From: Clostridia bacterium
Lineage (GTDB): Bacteria; Bacillota; Clostridia; Oscillospirales; CAG-272
Assembly (NCBI GenBank): GCA_017462485.1
Contig: JAFTRA010000018.1
Span: 13,667-77,666, forward strand
Direction: 5' to 3'
DNA: 64,000 bases
The notes beneath the pieces are model-generated. The model had not been told where the DNA came from. It did not search any database and worked only from the letters and a program-made list of their open reading frames with translations. This document shows, piece by piece, positions 37,376-47,066 of the stretch; position 1 is the first letter of the stretch, and each line of letters begins with the position of its first letter. Both the position numbers and the translations under genes were made by a program.

Positions 37376-37834
37376 ATGATAGCAGTTCTTCAAAGAATAA
37401 ATAACGCTACGGTATATGCCGACGGCGAGCTTTCGGGAAACGTAGGGCACGGGCTCTATATTCTTCTCGGCGTTGAAAAGGATGACAGCGAAATTGATGC
37501 CGAATTGCTTGCCGAAAAAATTTCAAAGCTTCGTATTTTTTCAGATGAAGCAGGCAAGATGAATCTCTCCGTCAATGACGTTGACGGAGAGGCGCTCGTC
37601 GTTTCGAACTTTACGCTTAATGCCAACTACGCTCACGGAAATCGCCCCGATTATTTGGGAGGGGCGGCGCCTTCGGAGGCGGAGCGGCTTTATGATTATT
37701 TTCTTCGGGTTTTCTCGACGAAAATAAGAAAATGTGAAAGCGGAAAATTCGGAAGCGATATGAGAACCGAAATGTCAACCGACGGACCGGTTACGATTGT
37801 AATGAACTCAAAGGTTCTCTATAAGAAAAAATAA
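37376..37834 (+). CDS. dtd: D-aminoacyl-tRNA deacylase
   Basis: 152 aa. MIAVLQRI..., SNFTL and GNRP motifs are present. Confidence 0.93.
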   Translation: MIAVLQRINNATVYADGELSGNVGHGLYILLGVEKDDSEIDAELLAEKISKLRIFSDEAGKMNLSVNDVDGEALVVSNFTLNANYAHGNRPDYLGGAAPSEAERLYDYFLRVFSTKIRKCESGKFGSDMRTEMSTDGPVTIVMNSKVLYKKK

Positions 37835-37876
37835 CCGTATAAGACGGATTTTAACTTACGAAAGGTAAATACCTAT

Positions 37877-39400
37877 ATGGTTTTAAAGATAGACGGAGAT
37901 ATAAACAGATATTACGTACAGACTCTTTGTATGGTGTTTTTCCCCGGCGCAACGTTTGGTGAAAACGAGGTCGGCGGTGAGGGGATACCCGAGGTAAGCG
38001 TAAATGTTTATCCCGATTCGGAGGGCGGTGTAACCGCTTACGTTTCGATGAAACTTAACGATAAGGTATGCGATGCCAGCGCAAGCGTAGGCAAAGACGA
38101 GGTGGTAAGTATTGCCACTAAAGAGGGCATAGCTGTCGGAAGAGCTCTTTTCTCCGCGGGAAAGGACTTGCTCGGTCATATACCTCCGTGGGGAATACTT
38201 ACGGGAGTTCGCCCTGCTAAAATCGCATCTGCACTCATAAAGGGCGGAAACGGTATAACCAAAAGTAAGCGCATACTAAGAGACGAATATTTCCTTAATC
38301 CTCAAAAAGCAGCGCTTGCCGTGTCGGTTGCTTCTCTTGAAATGAAGCTTTTAAAGAAAGCTACACCTGATCTTTGTTCTCTTTACATATCAATCCCGTT
38401 TTGTCCGACAAGGTGCTCGTATTGCAGCTTTGTTTCTTATACTACCCCAAGGCTTCTGTCGCTTATTGATCCGTACGTAGAAGCTCTTATGACAGACCTT
38501 GACGATACTTTTGACACAATAGAAAAGCTCGGGCTTAAGCTTTCCACTATCTACATTGGTGGCGGAACGCCTACAACTCTTACTGAATTTCAGCTCGAAA
38601 AGCTGTTGTCAAAGATATCTTCAAGGGTTGATACCGAAACTCTTTCGGAATTTACGCTTGAAGCAGGCAGACCCGATACTATAACCAAGGAAAAGCTAGA
38701 CGTTGCGAAAAGATACGGAGTAACGAGAATAAGCGTCAATCCTCAGACTCTTAATGACGATATCCTGAGGGAAATAGGCAGAAGGCATACTACGGAAGAT
38801 TTCTTTAATGCTTATAAAATTGCTAAAGAAAGCGGAATAAAAGATATAAACGTTGACCTCATAGCAGGACTTCCCGGAGATGATTTCCGTAATTTTTCAG
38901 AGACTGTGGACAAGATTATAGAGCTTGACCCTACGAATATAACGGTGCATACGTTTTGCGTAAAGAAAGCCTCGGATGCCCTAAAGAATAACTCCAATAT
39001 ATATTCCGTTTCGGGCGGAGACGCCGTTAAGTGTGTTTCATATGCGCAAATCAAAACTAAATTCGCCGGCTATAAGCCGTATTATATGTATAGGCAGAAA
39101 AATACGGTTGGAAACCTTGAAAACGTAGGCTTTGCTAAAGAGGGGCACGAAGGACTGTATAACGTATATATGATGGAAGAAACGCAAACTATTTTCGCTG
39201 TTGGTGCAGGTGCTGTGACAAAGCTTGTATCCAAATCCGAAAACGGTGATGCTCCGAAGCGTATAGTGCGAATATTCTCTCCTAAATATCCTTATGAGTA
39301 TTTGCGTGAGTATGAGCTTCGTAAAAACAATCAGGAGCAAGCTAAAGCTCCCGTGTCGGAACAAATTATGCAATTTTTCAATGAAAATAAATCCGAATAA
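37877..39400 (+). CDS. hemZ: HemZ-type radical SAM protein (oxygen-independent coproporphyrinogen oxidase-like)
   Basis: 507 aa. The radical SAM motif CPTRCSYCSF is present, and the length and N-terminal domain are typical of HemZ. It sits in the conserved recJ-relA-dtd-hemZ order. Confidence 0.78.
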   Translation: MVLKIDGDINRYYVQTLCMVFFPGATFGENEVGGEGIPEVSVNVYPDSEGGVTAYVSMKLNDKVCDASASVGKDEVVSIATKEGIAVGRALFSAGKDLLGHIPPWGILTGVRPAKIASALIKGGNGITKSKRILRDEYFLNPQKAALAVSVASLEMKLLKKATPDLCSLYISIPFCPTRCSYCSFVSYTTPRLLSLIDPYVEALMTDLDDTFDTIEKLGLKLSTIYIGGGTPTTLTEFQLEKLLSKISSRVDTETLSEFTLEAGRPDTITKEKLDVAKRYGVTRISVNPQTLNDDILREIGRRHTTEDFFNAYKIAKESGIKDINVDLIAGLPGDDFRNFSETVDKIIELDPTNITVHTFCVKKASDALKNNSNIYSVSGGDAVKCVSYAQIKTKFAGYKPYYMYRQKNTVGNLENVGFAKEGHEGLYNVYMMEETQTIFAVGAGAVTKLVSKSENGDAPKRIVRIFSPKYPYEYLREYELRKNNQEQAKAPVSEQIMQFFNENKSE

Positions 39401-39421
39401 ATAAAATCGAATAAATAAAAG

Positions 39422-39459
39422 GGCTCGCTAATAAATTTTAGTGAGTCTTTTTGTTTTTT
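39422..39459 (+). terminator. intrinsic terminator after hemZ
   Basis: GGCTCGCTA pairs with TAGTGAGTC (9 bp, two G-U), followed by TTTTTGTTTTTT. Confidence 0.7.
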
Positions 39460-39472
39460 CGAGGTTAAATAT

Positions 39473-41065
39473 ATGGTACAAACAAAGAAAAAAGAGCAGG
39501 GAAATACCCTGGTCAGCGGAGCAATTTCGCTTACCATGTCGGTTATCATTGTAAAAATAATCGGGTTCATATATAAGGTTCCGCTTTCGCATATACTGAG
39601 CGACGAGGGAATGGGATATTTTAATTCTGCGTATTCAATATTTACGTTCTTTTATATGCTTTGTCTTGGTGGTGTACCGAGAGCCGTGTCTATAAATATT
39701 GCGGAAGCGGCAGCCAAAGGCGAAAGGGAAAACGCCGAGCAAATACTTAAGGTGTCGTTAAAAATATTTACCGCTATCGGTTTGCTATTTTCTTGCGCTC
39801 TTATGATTTTTTCTGGATTTTTTGCCTCGTTGATAGGTAATAGCTTGGCAAGATTTTCGCTGTTTGCCATTGCCCCGTCATTAACCTTCGTGGCTATGGC
39901 TGGAGTTCTCCGAGGATATTTAAACGGCTCGGGCAGAATGATTCCGATAGCCGTATCCGAGGTGCTTGACGGAAGTATCAAATTCATTTTCGGATTAACT
40001 TTTGCGCTGCTTGCGGCAAGACGGAAAATGTCATATCCGATGATATCGGCATTTACGGTTCTCGGTGTAACGCTGGGCTCTTTTTCGGGTGTCTTGTTTT
40101 TGTATATTACATCAAAAATCAAAAATAACAATGAAAATTCAAGGCAGAAATGTGAAACATCAGAAAGGGCAAGGGAAATATTAAGACGAATCTTCAAGAT
40201 TTCCATACCTATAACGTTAAGCTCCGCAGTAATGGGAATATCAAATATCATAGACCTTGGAATGATTATGAAAAGGCTTTCCGCTATGGGATATTCGGAT
40301 ACGGAGGCTGTAGCCTTGTACGGTAATTTTACAACTCTCGCACTTCCTCTTTTAAATGCAGTGGTATCCCTGACTACGCCTGTCTCAACGTCAGCTATGC
40401 CTCATCTTACAACGAACAGAGCGCTGAAAAACATTAATGAATATAAAAAGATAACCGAAGGAATATTTACGTTTATAGGCATTGTTGTTACACCTATTTT
40501 TTCGGCTTATTTGCTCTTCTCAAATGAAATTTTACGTCTTCTTTTTAATGACGAATCGGCAAAGCTGGCAGCGCCACTTTTGTCATTAATTTCACCTGCG
40601 GTGATTTTTTTGCCGCTCTTAACCGTTGTTAATACTGTACTTGAGTCATCGTCTTTTGCAAAAATTCCGCTTTTTTCTATGAGCATAGGAGCAATTTTAA
40701 AGCTTGTGTCGGGTCATATATTAATAGGAAAGATAGGCATTGCCGGGGCGCCTGTCAGCACGGTTATTTGCTATGCTGTTGCTCTTATTATTTCGTCCTG
40801 CTTTATGCTTCGAAAAACAACCGTTTCTTTTTCGGTTTTCGGAGTTATGTGCATTCCAATGCTCGCTTCTTTGATTTCGGTCGGCGGAATGTATGCATTA
40901 AATAAATATTCCGTGGAAACAATAGGTAAAAGTATCGTTTTTCCCTTGATAATTATTATTTCCGCTGCGATTTATATTTTGATAATATGCATTTTTATGC
41001 GAAAAAGAATCGGTATTTTAAAGAATTATGTCAAAATTGCTAAAAAGCGGAATTATTCGTTATGA
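39473..41065 (+). CDS. MOP-superfamily flippase (SpoVB/YabM/MurJ-like polysaccharide or lipid II flippase)
   Basis: 530 aa with about 14 predicted TM segments. It occupies the yabM position upstream of the S4-yabP-yabQ genes. Confidence 0.72.
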   Translation: MVQTKKKEQGNTLVSGAISLTMSVIIVKIIGFIYKVPLSHILSDEGMGYFNSAYSIFTFFYMLCLGGVPRAVSINIAEAAAKGERENAEQILKVSLKIFTAIGLLFSCALMIFSGFFASLIGNSLARFSLFAIAPSLTFVAMAGVLRGYLNGSGRMIPIAVSEVLDGSIKFIFGLTFALLAARRKMSYPMISAFTVLGVTLGSFSGVLFLYITSKIKNNNENSRQKCETSERAREILRRIFKISIPITLSSAVMGISNIIDLGMIMKRLSAMGYSDTEAVALYGNFTTLALPLLNAVVSLTTPVSTSAMPHLTTNRALKNINEYKKITEGIFTFIGIVVTPIFSAYLLFSNEILRLLFNDESAKLAAPLLSLISPAVIFLPLLTVVNTVLESSSFAKIPLFSMSIGAILKLVSGHILIGKIGIAGAPVSTVICYAVALIISSCFMLRKTTVSFSVFGVMCIPMLASLISVGGMYALNKYSVETIGKSIVFPLIIIISAAIYILIICIFMRKRIGILKNYVKIAKKRNYSL

Positions 41066-41113
41066 AATAGGACGAAAAAAAGTAAAAAAATATGTTTTTT
41101 GTTATTATTTTAC

Positions 41114-41142
41114 TTGAATTTGCAAAACAATACTGATATAAT
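41114..41142 (+). promoter_or_regulatory. sigma-A-type promoter for hup
   Basis: TTGAAT (41114-41119), 17-nt spacer, TATAAT (41137-41142). Confidence 0.6.
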
Positions 41143-41179
41143 CACTACAACAAACATTTTTGAAAGGAAGTATAAACCC

Positions 41180-41455
41180 ATGAACAAAACAGAACTTGTA
41201 AATGTAGTAGCTGCTGAAGCAGCAGTTTCAAAGAAGGACGCAGAGGCGGTTATTGCTGCAACTCTTAACGCTATTTCCGAGGCTCTCAAGTCTGGTGATA
41301 AAGTACAGCTTCTTGGCTTTGGTACGTTTGAAGTAAAGGACGTTGCTGCTAGAGAAGGCCGTAACCCCAAGACCGGTGAAACCATCGAGATCGCAGCTTG
41401 CAAGAAGCCCTCTTTCTCCGCTGCTAAGGCTCTTAAGGACGCTGTTAACGCTTAA
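41180..41455 (+). CDS. hup: DNA-binding protein HU
   Basis: I moved the start to ATG 41180, giving a 91-aa protein. MNKTELVNVVA... and FGTFEVKDVAAREGRNPKTGE are present. Confidence 0.95.
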   Translation: MNKTELVNVVAAEAAVSKKDAEAVIAATLNAISEALKSGDKVQLLGFGTFEVKDVAAREGRNPKTGETIEIAACKKPSFSAAKALKDAVNA

Positions 41456-41458
41456 GTT

Positions 41459-41713
41459 ATGCGTCTTGATAAATACCTCAAGGTCTCGCGCCTGATAAAG
41501 CGCAGAACGGTCGCTAACGATGCTTGCGATACGGAGAGAATCACCGTAAACGGTAGGGTAGCGAAGGCTTCCTATAATGTTAAAACGGGAGATCTCATAA
41601 CTATTGCGTTCGGAGCAAAATCCGTCACCGTTCGTGTACTTGAGATTAAGGAAACTACTAAAAAGGCTGAATCAGCCGGAATGTATGAAGTAGTATCTGA
41701 AACCGAAGAATAA
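41459..41713 (+). CDS. S4-domain RNA-binding protein (YabO/Hsp15-like)
   Basis: 84 aa. MRLDKYLKVSRLIKRRT is an S4 motif. It lies upstream of yabP, as in Bacillus and Clostridium. Confidence 0.8.
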   Translation: MRLDKYLKVSRLIKRRTVANDACDTERITVNGRVAKASYNVKTGDLITIAFGAKSVTVRVLEIKETTKKAESAGMYEVVSETEE

Positions 41714-41722
41714 CAAAGAATG

Positions 41723-41767
41723 CCGATGCATATTCTTAAGTGAGTATGCATCGGTTATTTTTATTTT
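41723..41767 (+). terminator. intrinsic terminator after the S4-domain gene
   Basis: CCGATGCATA (41723-41732) pairs with TATGCATCGG (41745-41754), followed by TTATTTTTATTTT. Confidence 0.75.
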
Positions 41768-41777
41768 CGGAGGGATT

Positions 41778-42050
41778 ATGGAAGCAGGAATAAATAATAA
41801 AGACAGCATTATGTTGGTTATAGGAAAATCGTTTTCTATGAGCGGTGTCAACGACATAAGGGGATTTGACGATGGATATATATTGCTTGATACGACATCA
41901 GGAAGAATAACGGTAGAGGGCTCTGACTTAAAGATAGAGAGCTTAAGCAAGGACGGCGGAAATATTCTTGTAAAGGGCGGAGTAACGGGCGTTTTTTCCT
42001 CTGTAATAAAAGAGGGAAGAAAGGGAATTATTAAAAGGTTGTTCGGCTAA
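41778..42050 (+). CDS. yabP: sporulation protein YabP
   Basis: 90 aa, YabP/YqfC-like (ITVEGSDLKIESLSKDGGNILVKG). A GGAGGG SD precedes it, and its stop overlaps the next start (TAATG). Confidence 0.75.
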   Translation: MEAGINNKDSIMLVIGKSFSMSGVNDIRGFDDGYILLDTTSGRITVEGSDLKIESLSKDGGNILVKGGVTGVFSSVIKEGRKGIIKRLFG

Positions 42051-42658
42051 TGCTTTATCAAAGCTTCGGTCAAATTATTTCCTCTCTTCTGTATTCGTCA
42101 CTTTTTGGAATAATGATGGGCATAATTGGAGTGGGAATAAATGCGGTTATAGATTCGTTTGAGGCACTTGTTTTATTTCCAAAGCTTGCTTTCAAATCGT
42201 CATACGGTATAAAAGCGATGAAGTCCGTTATAAAATCAATGAACTGCAAAGAGGAAGCAAAAAGTTCGGTAAAGCAGTTTACGAGAGATTTTCTTTACGT
42301 TCTTGTATATGGGATTTTATTCAGTCTTCTCTTATATGTAGCCGCCGACGGAATGTTTAGACTTTACGTTTTTGCGGTATGTTTGTTTTTTACCTTTGCT
42401 TTTGATAAAACCCTGGGAAAATGGCTTGAATTTATATTCATACGCATCATCTACGCATTACGCGTTTTTTTGCTGATTGCTTTATCTTTAGCTTTAATTC
42501 CAATGAGAATAATTTCACGGTTTGTATATAAAAGGGTAATTATGCGTATTTATGCAAAAATCAAGGTAAAAAATAAATTGAAAGTGAAAGTAAAAACGCA
42601 CAATGCAGGGAAAGAAACGAAGAAGAAGTTGTGCAAAACGACGAAAAAATCGCAATAA
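42050..42658 (+). CDS. yabQ: probable spore cortex biosynthesis membrane protein YabQ, with a Lys-rich C-terminal tail
   Basis: 202 aa with 4-5 hydrophobic segments. The call rests mostly on position directly after yabP. The tail reads KIKVKNKLKVKVKTHNAGKETKKKLCKTTKKSQ. Confidence 0.5.
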   Translation: MLYQSFGQIISSLLYSSLFGIMMGIIGVGINAVIDSFEALVLFPKLAFKSSYGIKAMKSVIKSMNCKEEAKSSVKQFTRDFLYVLVYGILFSLLLYVAADGMFRLYVFAVCLFFTFAFDKTLGKWLEFIFIRIIYALRVFLLIALSLALIPMRIISRFVYKRVIMRIYAKIKVKNKLKVKVKTHNAGKETKKKLCKTTKKSQ

Positions 42659-42722
42659 ATCGGGTGAAAAAAATCTCTAATATTGTCATTTTTTACATAC
42701 TTGAAATAACTCCCGAATTTCC

Positions 42723-42751
42723 TTGACAAAAAAGCCATACCGTGCTAAAAT
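42723..42751 (+). promoter_or_regulatory. sigma-A-type promoter for the glg operon
   Basis: TTGACA (42723-42728), 17-nt spacer ending in TGC, TAAAAT (42746-42751). Confidence 0.6.
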
Positions 42752-42850
42752 ATTATTAGATATTTTTATTTAAGTTACTTTGCTTTTATCGCCGAATAAT
42801 ACGTTATTCGACACGCTGCTTGATGTAAAATGAAAAGGGGGTTAAAATTT

Positions 42851-44749
42851 ATGGGTAATGGAAATTTGGCATCTTATTATTTTCATCAAGGAACGAATTT
42901 TTGTGCTTATGAATATCTCGGCTGCAACTTGAGGCGTGAGGAAAATAAGTATATATATTCGTTCAGAACGTGGGCACCGGGCGCAGAGCGCGTTGCGCTG
43001 GTATCGGAGATTTACGGTTGGAATTCTCCGTATCCTATGCAAAGGGTTACCGACGGCGGTATCTGGGAATGCGAAATTGTGTCCGAGAAGCCGCTTGAAA
43101 AGAAGGCATACAAGTTCAGAATAACCCGAGGAGGAAGAATCTTTGATAAAGGCGATCCATACGCCAGATTTTCAAGAGGTCTTGATGATGGAGCGTCTTT
43201 GATATATACGAATACGGATTTCGCCTGGGAGGATGAGGCTTGGCTTAAATCCAAAAAGAAAATCTTTAATTCAAACAAAAAGAATTATCTTTCGGCGCCG
43301 ATAAATATTTACGAAACGCATCTCGGCAGCTTTATGAGGCACGAAGAGGATAATTCATATTATTCATACAGGGAAATTGCCGACGTAATGGTTCCGTATC
43401 TGAAATTTATGGGATATACTCACGTTGAGTTTTTACCCCTTGCGGAATTTCCTTATGACGGCTCTTGGGGATATCAGGTATGCGGATTTTACGCGCCTAC
43501 CTCTCGCTTTGGCGATCCCGATGACTTCCGTTATATGATAAACAGCTTCCATAAAGCAGGCATAGGAGTTATAATCGACTGGGTTCCCGCTCATTTTCCA
43601 AAGGATGCTTGGGGACTTTATGAGTTTGACGGAGCTCCGCTCTATGAATATCAGGGCAAAGACAGAATGGAATCACGCTCGTGGGGAACCAGATTCTTTG
43701 ATCTAGGCAGAGAAGAGGTACAAAGCTTCCTTATATCAAATGCTATGTATTTTTTACGGGAGTTTCACGTTGACGGATTGAGAGTTGATGCTGTTGCGTC
43801 CATGCTTTATCTTGATTATGACAGAGAGCCGGGAGAGTGGATACCCAACGCATACGGAACGAATCTCAACCTCGAAGCCGAGGCATTCTTGAAAAAACTC
43901 AATTTGACTGTTTTTTCGGAGATTCCGTATACGCTTATGATAGCGGAGGAGTCCACGGCATACGGTAAGATAACGCATCCTGTTTTTGAGGGAGGACTTG
44001 GATTCAACCTCAAATGGAATATGGGTTGGGCAAACGATTTTTACGATTACGTAATGACTGACCCTCTTTATAGGAAGTACAAGCACACAGCATTGAATTT
44101 CCCACTGATGTATGCATACACCGAAAACTACGTTTTGCCGATATCTCACGATGAGGTCGTTCACGGCAAGCTTTCGTTTGTTGATAAAATGCATGGCTCT
44201 TATGAGGACAAGTTCTGGCAGATGCGTACCTCCATGCTGCTTATGATGACCTATCCCGGCAAGAAAATGCTCTTTATGGGTACAGAATATGCGCAGTTTA
44301 GAGAATGGGACTACGAAAATTCTCTTGAATGGTTTATGCTTGATTACAAGAACCATAGGGAGATGCGGCAGTACGTTGCATCGCTGAACAGATTTTATCT
44401 TGAGCGCTCTGAGCTTTGGGAGCTTGATTTTTCTCCGTCGGGATTTGAGTGGATACTAGCTGATGAAAGTGAAAAAAATCTTGTTGCTTTCAGGAGAAAA
44501 AATATAAAGGGTGACAGTATAATAGTTATATTAAGCTTCTCGGGAGGAGAGCAAAGCGTCACTATTCCTGTAAAATCAAAATCTTTAAACCGTTTATTTG
44601 ATACGGGGAATATTGGCGATATAAACGAATTGATTGAAATCAAAAATTCAGGTAAGGAGCGCCTTGCCACAATAAAAATTCCTCGGTTTTCGGGAATTAT
44701 ACTCAGCGAAAAGAGAAAACAAATAAAAAAAGCACTTAAGGAGAACTAA
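42851..44749 (+). CDS. glgB: 1,4-alpha-glucan branching enzyme
   Basis: ATG 42851 follows an AAAGGGGG SD. GH13 catalytic regions [19 protein letters not shown] and SHDEVVHGK are present. Confidence 0.93.
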   Translation: MGNGNLASYYFHQGTNFCAYEYLGCNLRREENKYIYSFRTWAPGAERVALVSEIYGWNSPYPMQRVTDGGIWECEIVSEKPLEKKAYKFRITRGGRIFDKGDPYARFSRGLDDGASLIYTNTDFAWEDEAWLKSKKKIFNSNKKNYLSAPINIYETHLGSFMRHEEDNSYYSYREIADVMVPYLKFMGYTHVEFLPLAEFPYDGSWGYQVCGFYAPTSRFGDPDDFRYMINSFHKAGIGVIIDWVPAHFPKDAWGLYEFDGAPLYEYQGKDRMESRSWGTRFFDLGREEVQSFLISNAMYFLREFHVDGLRVDAVASMLYLDYDREPGEWIPNAYGTNLNLEAEAFLKKLNLTVFSEIPYTLMIAEESTAYGKITHPVFEGGLGFNLKWNMGWANDFYDYVMTDPLYRKYKHTALNFPLMYAYTENYVLPISHDEVVHGKLSFVDKMHGSYEDKFWQMRTSMLLMMTYPGKKMLFMGTEYAQFREWDYENSLEWFMLDYKNHREMRQYVASLNRFYLERSELWELDFSPSGFEWILADESEKNLVAFRRKNIKGDSIIVILSFSGGEQSVTIPVKSKSLNRLFDTGNIGDINELIEIKNSGKERLATIKIPRFSGIILSEKRKQIKKALKEN

Positions 44750-44750
44750 A

Positions 44751-45905
44751 ATGTATTGTAAGAAGGAATGCATAGCGATGCTTCTTGCCGGCGGTCAGGG
44801 TTCAAGACTTTATGATTTGACAAAGCAGACGGCAAAACCTGCAGTTTCATTTGGAGGTAAATACAAGATTATTGATTTTCCTCTCTCAAACTGTATCAAT
44901 TCGGGAATAGATACAGTTGGTGTTTTAACACAGTATCAGCCCCTTGCTCTTAATGAGTATATAGGCAACGGCGCAACGTGGGATCTTGACCGTTCCAGAG
45001 GCGGTCTTTCGGTACTTCCGCCTTATCAGGGCAACGGTAAATCCGATTGGTATAAGGGAACGGCTAACGCAATATATCAGAATATTACGTTTATCAATCA
45101 GTATAAGCCCGAATACGTTCTTATACTTTCGGGTGACCATATTTACCGTATGGATTACGCTAAAATGCTTGAAAAGCATAAGGAAACCGGAGCAACCTGC
45201 ACTATCGCTACGATATCCGTACCGATTGAAGAGGCAAGCCGTTTCGGTATTTGCAATACTAATGATGACGACACTATATATGAATTTGAAGAGAAGCCCA
45301 AGAATCCTAAAAACAACCAGGCATCAATGGGTATATACATCTTCAATACAAAAGCTCTTATCGACTATCTCGTAGCCGACGAGGCGGATGAAAACTCAAG
45401 TAACGACTTCGGTAAAAACATTATCCCCAATATGCTTAACAGCGGTGAAAAGCTTGTTGCGTACAGATTTGACGGATATTGGAAGGACGTAGGAACCATT
45501 TCTTCCCTTTGGGAAGCTAATATGGACCTTATAGGTGATGATCCAATACTTAATCTGCGTGATTGCCAGTTCAGAGTTTATTCGAAGAATCAGGCTCGCG
45601 CTCCTCAGTTCGTAGGTCCTGAAGCGTCAATGGTAAATTCTATGATTTCAGAGGGTTGCGTTATAAACGGTACGGTGGTTAACTCTATTCTTTCGGGTGG
45701 TGTTATTATCGAGGAAGGCGCATCGGTTTACGATTCCGTAGTTATGGATGACGTTATTATAAGAAAAGGCGCCGCCGTTTACACTTCTATAATTGACTCG
45801 GATTCCGAAATACTCGCAGGTGCGGTAGTAGGTAAAGACGGTGCGGATAAATCCGAAATAACGGTTATTGCAAAGGGCTCTGTTGTTAAGCCCGAAGAAA
45901 AGTAA
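44751..45905 (+). CDS. glgC: glucose-1-phosphate adenylyltransferase, catalytic subunit
   Basis: An AAGGAG SD lies 7 nt upstream. [15 protein letters not shown] and FEEKP motifs and a C-terminal beta-helix are present. Confidence 0.93.
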   Translation: MYCKKECIAMLLAGGQGSRLYDLTKQTAKPAVSFGGKYKIIDFPLSNCINSGIDTVGVLTQYQPLALNEYIGNGATWDLDRSRGGLSVLPPYQGNGKSDWYKGTANAIYQNITFINQYKPEYVLILSGDHIYRMDYAKMLEKHKETGATCTIATISVPIEEASRFGICNTNDDDTIYEFEEKPKNPKNNQASMGIYIFNTKALIDYLVADEADENSSNDFGKNIIPNMLNSGEKLVAYRFDGYWKDVGTISSLWEANMDLIGDDPILNLRDCQFRVYSKNQARAPQFVGPEASMVNSMISEGCVINGTVVNSILSGGVIIEEGASVYDSVVMDDVIIRKGAAVYTSIIDSDSEILAGAVVGKDGADKSEITVIAKGSVVKPEEK

Positions 45906-45918
45906 GGAGGAGAAGATA

Positions 45919-47049
45919 ATGGCTATAAGTGCAGCAGGAATTATATTTTCTAATTTGAATAATAATACGCTCTCCAGACTCACGAGAGAAAGAACGGTTG
46001 CGGCTATACCGTTTGCTTGCAGATACAGACTTATCGACTTTTGCCTCTCCAACCTCGTAAATGCCAACATTTCGAAAATCCACGTGGTTGCGAACTATAA
46101 TTATCGTTCTTTGGTAGAGCATATCGGTAGTGGTAAGGACTGGGATCTTGCGAGAAGAAAGGACGGAATTAAGGTAATTTCTCCTTTCCAGACAGCAACA
46201 TCTTCATCGGCAAAGCTCTTTGCTACTCATATGGAAGCATTGAAGAGTATGAAGCAGTATATCAACGAATTCAAGGAAGAGCACGTTGTGCTTATGGATT
46301 CCGATTTCGTTCTTAATATTGATATTTCCGACGTTATTCGCGAGCATGAGAAGACGAACGCAAATATTACCATAGTTACCAAGCTCGCCGATAAGGATTA
46401 CACCTCGAAGCATCCGAGAATGTTTTTGTCTTCCGTTGCCGGAAAGGTGACCGATATTGCGATGAGTGCGGTTGCCAGCACCCAGACTCCCGAGCTTGCG
46501 CTCAATATATTTGTAATGAAGACCAGCTATTTGAGAACTCTCATAGACGAGGCTGAGGCGTACGGTCTTAACAGCTTTACGGAAATGATGCTCAAGAAAT
46601 ACAAGCATTCCAATTACAGAACATATTGCTACAGCGGTTACGCCGCTTCTGTTTCGAGTTTCCTCGATTACTATAGGCATTCGATAGAGCTTGCGACTAA
46701 CGATAAAGCTCGTGAATCGTTGCTTAACGAAAAATCCCGTCCTATATTCACAAGAGTTCACAACTCGGCTCCCGTAGTATATACAAAGACCGCAAAGGTT
46801 GAAAATTCTCTTATTGCTGACGACTGCGTAATAGAAGGAACTGTTATCAACTCGGTTCTTTCTCGTGGTGTTCACGTAGCTCGCGGCGCGGTAGTTAAAA
46901 ATTCCATACTCTTCCAGCATACAAGGGTAGAGAAAAATGCAGAGCTCAATTGCATAGTAACCGACAAGAAGGTTACTATTACCGAGGGGGTTAAGCTTTC
47001 GGGAAATCAGAGTATGCCGTTCTTCATTCAAAAGGGCAGAAGAGTTTAA
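45919..47049 (+). CDS. glgD: glucose-1-phosphate adenylyltransferase, GlgD regulatory subunit
   Basis: ATG 45919 follows an AAGGAGGAG SD. It is a GlgC paralog lacking the GGxGxRL motif (IIFSNLNNNTLSRLT), as expected for GlgD. Confidence 0.88.
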   Translation: MAISAAGIIFSNLNNNTLSRLTRERTVAAIPFACRYRLIDFCLSNLVNANISKIHVVANYNYRSLVEHIGSGKDWDLARRKDGIKVISPFQTATSSSAKLFATHMEALKSMKQYINEFKEEHVVLMDSDFVLNIDISDVIREHEKTNANITIVTKLADKDYTSKHPRMFLSSVAGKVTDIAMSAVASTQTPELALNIFVMKTSYLRTLIDEAEAYGLNSFTEMMLKKYKHSNYRTYCYSGYAASVSSFLDYYRHSIELATNDKARESLLNEKSRPIFTRVHNSAPVVYTKTAKVENSLIADDCVIEGTVINSVLSRGVHVARGAVVKNSILFQHTRVEKNAELNCIVTDKKVTITEGVKLSGNQSMPFFIQKGRRV

Positions 47050-47066
47050 TTACGGTAGGTGATAAT

